Shown here: one piece after another, positions 36,250 to 64,000 of the stretch
How the letters are laid out: every line of letters starts with the position of its first letter
How positions within the stretch are numbered: the first letter of the stretch is position 1
Source: Tubiluchus corallicola
Lineage: Eukaryota > Animalia > Priapulida
NCBI GenBank assembly: GCA_030141605.1
Contig: JAQGDQ010000096.1
Span: 186,001 to 250,000 of the forward strand
Direction of reading: 5' to 3'
Length of the DNA stretch: 64,000 nt
The notes under the pieces: generated by a model
Seen by the model: only the letters and a program-made list of their open reading frames with translations
Told to the model about the DNA's origin: nothing
Database searches by the model: none
Position numbers and translations under genes: made by a program

Positions 36250-37160
36250 TTAGTCAACTATCTTTTACCTGTAGGGATACTTTTGAGAATGGTCGTAATT
36301 AATTAAGATTCTGCATGTAGCAGAATCTTATTGGAGGTCAACCGTTTATTCTTTGTTTCTCCGCTATGGCAGTGAATAATTCCAAAACCATGGTACCTAG
36401 AGTCACCGAACTCGGTTCGTAAACACCTGAGGGTAGGGGACGGGCAGCGGTATGTTGAACGGTAACATCGGTTGAAAGGATCAAGGACAGTGGACATTGG
36501 TCAGTTTTTCGATTAATACTCAACTCCTCATAGGGCTTTGAGTTAAGTTAAAAAATTTTCACGGGTATTTAGGCACTATGGAATAATGTGCACCTAGGGT
36601 TTAAAATTCTGGAATTCTTTAGGGAGGAGCCAACTTATTGAGAATTAGGGCAGATGGCTTTGCCGCTCAACCCCTCTTACAGCATTGGACTAAATAAATA
36701 TAAGAGCTAGAATCACGAAACGTGCAAGATAGGCACCTGAGATAGGCTGACTAACACTGGTATAGTGATCTTTGATCGCGGGTGAAAGGGTAACTGGACA
36801 TTGGCCAGTTTTCCTTTGTCACTCAACTCCTCCGAGGGCTTTGAGTTAAATTCAAAATTTTTTCACAGTTATTTTGGTCATGTGGTGTAGATGTGCTTTA
36901 AGTACTTTTTGATAATTGGAGTCTAGGAAAGCTCCAAGTTAGAAGCTAAAATGTCAAAATTAGGGCAAATGGATTTGTCACTCAACTAGCTCCTCTTACA
37001 GCATTAGATTAGGAGCCAATTTTTGTGCATGTGTGGTTAGTCTGGTTGGTGTAGATGTGCATTAAGTAATTTTCCAAAAGTGGGCGTGGACTTGTCGCCT
37101 GACCTAGGCAAAAATGTTAAAATGGGATCTGGTCAATAACTCTATAAGTATAAAAGCTAG
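36250..37160. mobile_element. Non-autonomous element with about 150-bp internal repeats arranged as about 300-bp dimers (HINE-like)
   Basis: GGACATTGG.CAGTTTT...CTCAACTCCTC..AGGGCTTTGAGTTAA at about 36493 and 36796; TTAGGGCA.ATGG.TTTG...CTCAAC..CCTCTTACAGCATT at about 36645 and 36961. Confidence 0.65.
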
Positions 37161-37344
37161 AAAATAACCTAATGATCTAAAAAACAAGATTTGAGCAGAA
37201 ATGACGAAGATCGGCATGACTGATATGCAAAATATTATCAGTTTACTGCATTATCGTTAAAATAAAAGTCCTCCATGTATTGCACAATTGTCAACAGCTA
37301 GCATAAAATTCGTCAAAGTAAATCGACTGGATTAGTTTTTTGTA

Positions 37345-37467
37345 CAACACCAAAGACTTTAGAAATGGTGCTTGCTGTTGCAGTAACTGGTGCGTAGTAT
37401 TTAGGGTAATAATAGCTCTTTGAGCTAATTATGAGGTAATGTTAATTATTCATCTAAAAGCTGATTT

Positions 37468-37499
<32 letters not shown>

Positions 37500-37520
37500 T
37501 ATTATTATTATTATTATTAA
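37345..37520 (+). mobile_element. SINE 3' portion with (AAT)n(ATT)n tail
   Basis: CACCAAAGACTTTAGAAATGGTGCTTGCTG core and AATGTTAATTATTCATCTAAAAGCTGATTTTGAATAATAA end, homologous to 20632-20824. Confidence 0.65.
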
Positions 37521-38069
37521 AATTATTATTGTTGTTGTTGTTTTTGTTGTTATAACAACAATTATTTAGTTTATCACTTTTCTGGTTAGTTGACAAGAAC
37601 AATTTTGACCATAAAAAGTCGGATTACAAGAGTAAATACCGTATTCGAATGTTGTTTGGTGGCTACAACTTGAACTATAATTTTCTTTCCTCTTATTTGG
37701 GCATGGCACATTCACAAAATGTGATTATTTCTTGACAATCGATGAGTTTAATACTAAAATTAATATGAAAAGTTTGCTATCTGATGGACAATTTAGGTGT
37801 TATACCATTATTAATGTCGAAGTCATCTTCTTCTTATATCACTTTACATTCAAAAATATGCTTTGCGGTATCATCATGTAAAGAGAGGTACAGGCCTGTA
37901 GTGGTAGTGACTATTGAATCGCCTGTCTGCAAAATAGCAAAATGAACATTTTAAGTAATCTTTGCACAAAATTTTAAAATGAATTTTATGATCAGCCATT
38001 TCGACCTTACGTCATTATTTTTTTCCTTTAGAAAATGTAAGACTCAGTAGATTTTAAAAGAGATTACAT

Positions 38070-38170
38070 ATACGGCACGGTTTATTGGAAGTGCACGTTA
38101 CTGCTGCAGTGCGTCATTCAGAAGCATATTCTGGGTCCGGAAATACATAACAATATGGCAGAAACTTAAT
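38070..38170 (+). promoter_or_regulatory. Candidate Smurf promoter
   Basis: Locally CpG-richer segment about 150-230 bp upstream of the Smurf ATG with an ETS-like CCGGAAAT and a YY1-like AATATGGC. Motif inference only. Confidence 0.3.
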
Positions 38171-38304
38171 TTGGGTTTGCCTGTTGTGTGAAAGAAATTC
38201 AATTTATATTGCAATATACTTGAGTTCTTTGTGTTATGTCCTTAGCGTATTTCCTTGATAAAACCAGGAGTGCCAACGGATGGGTCTTGTTGTATAAATA
38301 GAAA

Positions 38305-57097
<18,793 letters not shown>

Positions 57098-58227
57098 ATC
57101 TGCTGGATATTAGTACCTGGTTGTGTTTTGCTTTATGGAAAAGTATTCAAAGCAGACGTAACACATTGATGTGATCTGTAAGCGAACGTCATTTTTATCA
57201 TGTTTTAATCTAACATACACTGATTTTATTGTTGTACCTATGTGCCAATTAATGTGTATTGTAAAAATTTATTGTTGACAATGATTTGTACAGAGCAAGT
57301 TGGCAAAGGTTCGTGCTTTATGATACTATAACATTTATATTACTGTCATTTCAGTGTGGCACTGTATGTATTCTATTTTAATTGTGACACTGTGAAGGTT
57401 TTATTTAGTCTTAAGTTATTGCATTTCTAAGGCAGGGCTATCTAGGAATGTACAGTCAAACTTTGTTATAATGCCAACCTCGCCAAATTCCCACATTTTT
57501 AGCAAAATTACTGTATGCAAGAGTGCCTATATTTGCATAAACCTGTATGTATTAATGCGCCTCGTTATTGTGCTAAATTCGCTGTGACGCCAACTTTTTT
57601 CCAGTTCTAAAGTAGGAGGCATAGAGGTTTGGCTGACTGTACACATAAAATTGTTACGACAGGCAGGTTTTTCTCTCACTAAAGCAGTGCCGATGCAAAA
57701 TACTTTACCAATCAAAGTCATTTCCTCAATATTCTTTCAGGTGTTTATTAGTCTTACAAATGCAATAACAAACATTAGAAGAGCTATAGTACTGATACAA
57801 GTTTTATTGTAATGGGCTTACTAGTGTGCACTGCATATTAACTACTAAGTAGTTAAGTATTGTAAATTAACTGTTGTTGGCTAGCATTTTTTGTTATCAC
57901 CACTGGTGAACTATTTTATGAATTGCAAGTGTTCTGTATCTGCAGATAAAATGATGTCTATATTGTAGTACACAATTTAATTTGGTGATTCTATTTTGCG
58001 TGTAAAGTTGTAGTTTGCTGTTTTTCTAGTTGTTATAAGAGTAATAGATCTAACCACCAATTTTCTAGTATCTGAAACAGAAAATTCCACATTTTTCTTG
58101 ACAAAACAAGAAAAGTAAAAAATATCTGCAGAGTCAGATAACTGTCTGTGATCCAACTTATCAGCAATCTGTATATGCTAAAAAACAACTGCAATCTTCA
58201 ATGTATTCAGTGTGTTCAAACTGTCAT

Positions 58228-58303
58228 AATAAAAACAAAATCTTAGTACAGTTCATTCTTTACTCAAAATACCTTTCAAGAGTCTAAATAAGTACAATTT
58301 ATT
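58228..58303. terminator. Candidate facing polyadenylation signals of Smurf (+, AATAAA 58228-58233) and KDELR (-, 58298-58303)
   Basis: Hexamers seen directly; the plus strand shifts from T-rich to A-rich around here. AATAAA is common in AT-rich DNA, so usage is inferred. Confidence 0.4.
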
Positions 58304-60377
58304 TTACACATTTCATGCAAACAATTTAAAATATTATATTTAACCACAAGTTTACTAATTAGGCTGTTTTACTATTAATGAAAATTAATAATCACTCAAA
58401 ATAAATAATTATGTTTAACAGCGCACAAGTCAATGCTAACTTTTACAAGAAACATGAAGCAGTAACAAAAACATGGTACCACTCACCATATATGCTTTAT
58501 TTTAACTTTTCATACAAAAAATAAATAATGTGGCAGACCATATTTAAGTTTGCTATTTGTTCATATAGTTATTACCCTTTAGAAAAGTCAAAATAGTTGG
58601 TACTAATAATAATTATTAATAATAATGTTAGTATCTGTACACCAGTAACTTAATACTAGTTTTTGACTACTTTTAGTAGTTTTGTATTTGTTACTAATTT
58701 AGATGTTAAAATACAACATTGGGCATTTTTCATCATAACCCTTAAACGTGGTCAAATTTCAACACAATACATTATACAAAATAATGTAACTGCAAATTAC
58801 AGTTAAAAGGGACTACTGTATTCAACAATTACAAAAATGTTTCCAATTGTCTTTATTTAGAGTCAATTGAAAATTAAATTTCTATAAATCAATACTCAAG
58901 CTCAAAAAACTTAATGTAGTACATTAGTGATTTAGTAATGATTACAAGATTGTGACAAATGATCCTACTTTGTGTTTTTGGTGCGAGTTCAACGACTTTC
59001 TTATGGACAGCTGGGTGGGAAAAGTAGATATTTCAAACTCTAATCATGACTAAAAATGCTTACACTTAAAATCTAAAAAATATGTGTCCACAATGCCCAA
59101 GTTTAACTGACAAACACAAGTTCATCGAAGAGCCACAAAAATTGGCTAACAAATTAGTGTCCGTGAATAAAATGTTTTTAATTACAAACAATATTAAAAA
59201 CATGGGGAAATTTCCTTTCATTTTTCGAATCCAAAAAAAAATAAATCACTGTGCCTACTTGTAGGTTCCACAAGTTTTTAACTAGTAAGGTGTGATGTTA
59301 AACCATAACTCAGTTTGATTAATTGTAACTAAACAAATGTTTGACTAAACAGTTAAAAACCCTTCCAAAAACAACTCTTATAGCAAAAACCTATGTTGCC
59401 AATGACACAGAACAAATGCGAACAACAACGAAAAAAATCCCCAATGATGGAAATTATAACCAAAAGTATTACTTATGGAAAAGCTACACGGTGGCACTGC
59501 CTTTGTGTATTTGAAAAAGAGATAATTACTACAGTAATATTATAATCGTGTGCAGTGTGTGTTGGCTAGAAAACTGACTTCAACACAAAACCTCATCTGT
59601 ACTCGTATTTTGCAGATTATAATAGTATACAGCGTTAAAAAATGAAAACAAGCAAATAACAAAAAATGTTCCATATTTGAAATAATCAGTGAGTTTCGAA
59701 CCACTTAACACATAAGAAGCTTAGCTATATATCATGTTTGCTTATAAATACATGTAAAATACAAGCAAATTTTCTTAAAAATTAATTGTGTAATGTTTCA
59801 CTTACAAGTCAGGCCATTTTCAAGCACAAAATCATTCATATTTGGCAATTATTCTAAAGGCAGCATTATAGAACTTATGCCCAGTTCCTGCTTTGTCCAC
59901 TTTGAATTCGATAATCGTTTGTCTGCCAAGCTATTACTGATCATCAGACAAAAGAAAAATTTTACGAGTCTGCATTTTATTTTTATATTTTTACAGATAT
60001 AAACAGATATAAAGTCCTACAGACAATTTTAAAGTTATAATGTGGCCAGAATCTGGTCTGAATTTACTGGTGTATTTATTATATTATTATGGAAAGAACT
60101 TCAGAATTTCCACAGACATTCAAAGTCAGTAATGCTTGAAAAAGGCCAACATTTACTGCTACAGCATTGCAAAATTGGTAGTTGTACAGAAATCAATGCT
60201 GAAAATACAATTGTGAGCATAAAGGCTCAAATAACAATTGCTTCTAATATAAGTTTAACCCCAAAAAAATGAGGCAAAATTAAAAAAAAGGGTGACAGTA
60301 AATGTTGCCAGTTAAATGGTTTACAACTAATGGTGTGAATTCCTAACCATCTCATATGAAGTTTCAGTAGGTTGTTA

Positions 60378-63300
60378 TCAAGCTGGTAATGTCAGCTGCT
60401 TTCCCTTCAACACTGTAATAAAAGTAAACGGTAAAATATGAAAATATTTTTAACACTACTAGGTAGACAAAACCAACAACATTCTGAATAAGCCTTGTCA
60501 CAGTTTTGTTGTGTGCACGTGCAGTTGCTGCAGGTCAAAGGTTAAGTGAGCCACAGAAACGCGTCTTAACTACAACCATCACGTGGCAAGTGGGTAAAGC
60601 AAAGCCACGTACAGCATCAGTTTGGTACCTTCAGTTGTTTTGCGTGGAAGTTACTTAATTATGCATTAGTTTGTGTGTAGAGTGATTTACAAGCAAGATT
60701 TTGTTTGGGAACAAGAAAAAATTAACTAGGTAAGGTTCTAGCTAGCTGTTAAAACTGTCACTTATACAATAGCATGTATTGAGAAGTGCTGTCAAGTGTA
60801 CATAAATGCGTTGTCTGGTTCACTTAACCTTTGACCACGATCATCATTAATCGATGGAACTGTAAAAAAGCTTATTGTAAACTGTAAAACTTGAATCCGG
60901 TCAAATATTGTTTACATTATTTCAACGGTAAGTAACCATTTCCAAATAACAATTAAATCAAAATCCAACCTAATCGACAACTGTATTTGTTTATAAATGA
61001 TTCACATATGTTCAACATAACCACCAGTCACTAACATTATATGCTGACATATTTATTCATTCACTCCTTTACTCTCTAAAATGCTCTGGCTCAACACACA
61101 CACACTTATTCACTCACCTGGTTTGTTTTACTTCTTGACTCACTCATTCACATGTCACATACACATACAATCATTCAAACAATTTATATGTATATCATTT
61201 ACATCATACGAATACGTTCCAGGAACATCACAAAAAATTCCTTGAATGAGATCCATGAATAGTAAGAAATAATAATAATGCTAAAAACCATTAGGATACA
61301 AACAAAACCAAAGAACGTATCTTGACGCCAAAAAAGAAAAAAATTTGACCGACACATCATTTGCAGCAACCAGTAGCCTTTTACAAAATATTAAACATAG
61401 ACCAAAAATGCATTCTACGCTATAACTAAACAACATAATACTAAAAATGAGTAATAACTATACATGTATCTTTAACTCCTGCTCAGCTAGAATATTTGCA
61501 AGATAGCTTGAGATAAACTTGTGAGTTATTAGCAATACAGTATTTTAGATTCTATTATGTAATTAACATTACGGTACAGGTTAGAAATGTGGCTGTTGAA
61601 AAGAAAAAATTAGTATGGACAGCATTGCTGCTATTACAGTCAACTGAAATACAGAGACCTATCTGAAAGATACTCACCAAAATATCAAGAAATGGTAGCA
61701 TAGCTGGAATCTGCAAATTCATCTACAAAAACGCTAATCTATAACTACCGTTAAGATATAATAAGAAATTCCCCATGAAATTCTTGTTTCTTCGAAATGA
61801 AAATATGACATCCAAATGAAGTTCAATTTCTGCTATTTCATGTAAATTTCTGCAGTGTCACAATCAATACATAAACATGCTGCTGCACTGAAAACATAAT
61901 TTCCAAACAACTTTTTAAAATGGTTTCAATCAGCTCATCATCTTTGCCTTTCAAAAAAAACTTCAAAAGAAAAGAACAGCCAAGCTGCAAACAACAACTT
62001 GTTACTAACATCGCTAATAACTGGACACTTGCTACAAATAAAGATAAAGCATGAAGCAAGAAACAATGGGTGAAAAAACTCAGAAAAGGTGGGACATTAA
62101 CCAAATGCTGCTAAATTTACAAAGTTTTCTGCAACTTTCTAAAAAACAGAATCAAATAGCAATATATTCATGTGATAGCTTCAGGCACTTAAAGAAAGGT
62201 GTAGTAGTTATACACCATACGCACGTTGAATATACGTCTTTGCAAACTCTTTAGTGATAGTAACCAACAAAATCGATAACAATAAATTTTATGTAAGAAC
62301 TTAATAACACAGATATTCATCACATATTCATAAAGGTAATAAACTAATGTCATAGTTTGATCACCATCACATACTCATAAAAGTAATAAAACAACGTGAC
62401 AGTTTTTCACCACAATATGCCACAGACATTCATCATACGCTCATATCAAAATTTCTTATTAGGTGATAATACGAATGACTTATCATCAGGTCTTCGCACA
62501 ATTAATCGAAATATTAAAGCGTAATTTGAAAAAAAATGAATTTTAATCGATAATAATAAAATACAGGCTACAAAATATTTGCAAAATAAAATATGTCAAT
62601 TTTTTGAAGCATCATGTTTAACCATAAACATTGTTCTACTTTTTTGGTTAAGATTTTTTGCATAGCTACTTCATCAAACTTGTATTAGAACAAACAAAAG
62701 CAAACAAGCAAAAACAAAGTATTTTATTCATTTCAGGGTTTTTTTCAGTTTTGATAGTAGTCCGTTCTGCAAAAATGGTTTCGTTTAGGTATCAGTTTCT
62801 TACGTTTCATAGATTTCCGTTTCGGCTCGTAATTTCGGTTTCGGCAACATCTCTGATTATAACATGTTTACAGCTGGCTTACTACTTTCTATGACAGTAT
62901 CTTTTAATTTTAAAAAGTTTTCTAGATTATTCAATTAGCCTACAATTTTACACATTATGAAGGGCATAACTCCAAGTCTTCAACCAACACAGATAGTTAA
63001 AGTTAAAGTCAAAATACACTCACCCTTTGTCACGTAGAGATAGAAGAAGTCACAATACAGAATGGTTTGAACAACACCAGCCACAATCGCTATTAAATCA
63101 TAAAAGCCTTCAAAATGGTATCGATAGATCCAGTTGAAAATATACAGTGCTCTAGAGAAACCAACAAAATGAACAACATTAAAAATAAAGTATGATTTAT
63201 GGATACTTTTGAATCTCTGCAAATACATCATTTTCAAAGCACTAAAATAAACACAAACAGTGAACACGTAATGGCAAGATGCTTACAGAATTCAAATTGC

Positions 63301-64000
63301 ATCTCAATTGGAAGCTTTTCAACTGGAAAACACACCATAAGCAGTAAAAGCAAAATTTGACTGTAAGCCAATGTATTTGTACTATTTTAATTATAAAAAT
63401 AAGCTAATACCTAAACAACAACACGTTAAATTATCCACGAAAAATAAGAAACTATTTATAAATAAAGAAGAGAAACACAAACCTGTAGGAACCTAAAGCA
63501 AAGAGGTAATGTGAGGTTATCGTCTCCGCTTGTCCAGTTTTTGAAACCATGAATAGCTGTGGGAGGATGGCTACAGACTCCAAATATATGGAAAATGTCC
63601 ACAATATCTATAAATTATGGACTTTTAATATAGCAACACAACCTGGACCATTATTAACAAATTTTTTAGCAAAAAGTTTTACTTAAACGGCTTCAAATAA
63701 AACTGCAAAATTCCGAAACACAAAAATGAACAAAACTCACGTATTTTGACCACACTTTCAGCAAGGAAAATAGATGCGTGGTTATGATATCTACTGAACT
63801 ACAGGCAAAGTTCAGCTTAACTGATAAACAGATCGATGATTGCCTAGAAAGTTACTTCTGGCAATTTCGTAATGTCTCTAGCCATTTATTTCATTGAAGG
63901 AGAAGTATGCATTTGAAAATATTTCCAAGACACTTGTACCAGTTCAATTGCCTACTTACCCTTTGTGATGAACTAGGGACAGTCCTGCCACAACACCAAC
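60378..64000 (-). CDS. KDELR: ER lumen protein-retaining receptor (KDEL receptor, ERD2), 3' part; 5' exons beyond the right edge
   Basis: Firm exons: 63607-63483 ([42 protein letters not shown]), 63151-63024 ([42 protein letters not shown]), 60412-60378 ([11 protein letters not shown]). Candidate upstream exons 64000-63960 ([14 protein letters not shown]) and 63798-63741 are phase-compatible but less certain. Confidence 0.95.

Overview
AT-rich, intron-containing animal genomic DNA. It looks like an invertebrate, probably a protostome/lophotrochozoan, but the species cannot be determined from the sequence. No prokaryotic features (operons, CRISPR). Reading splice sites by hand gives five protein-coding genes: (1) the 5' end of an Abl tyrosine kinase on the minus strand (myristoylated 1b-type exon, missed by the ORF track), running off the left edge; (2) a complete 12-exon tyramine/dopamine beta-hydroxylase (683 aa, +) with an unusual KR-punctuated N-terminal extension; (3) a Frizzled-1/2/7 with an intronless CDS (+); (4) a complete Smurf C2-WW-HECT E3 ligase (18 firm exons plus 2 candidate small exons, +); (5) the 3' part of a KDEL receptor (-), convergent with Smurf and apparently carrying a non-canonical extra exon. 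Introns and intergenic DNA hold decayed LINEs, a Gypsy gag remnant, Tc1/mariner relics, MITEs (one family with telomere-like repeats), tRNA-derived SINEs, a 5S-derived fragment, elements with internal tandem repeats, and mini/microsatellites. No clearly new biological system is demonstrable. The best leads are the prohormone-like leader on TBH, the altered KDELR loop, the coupled Smurf small exons, a spliced antisense unit upstream of Frizzled, and the Abl-TBH head-to-head linkage.
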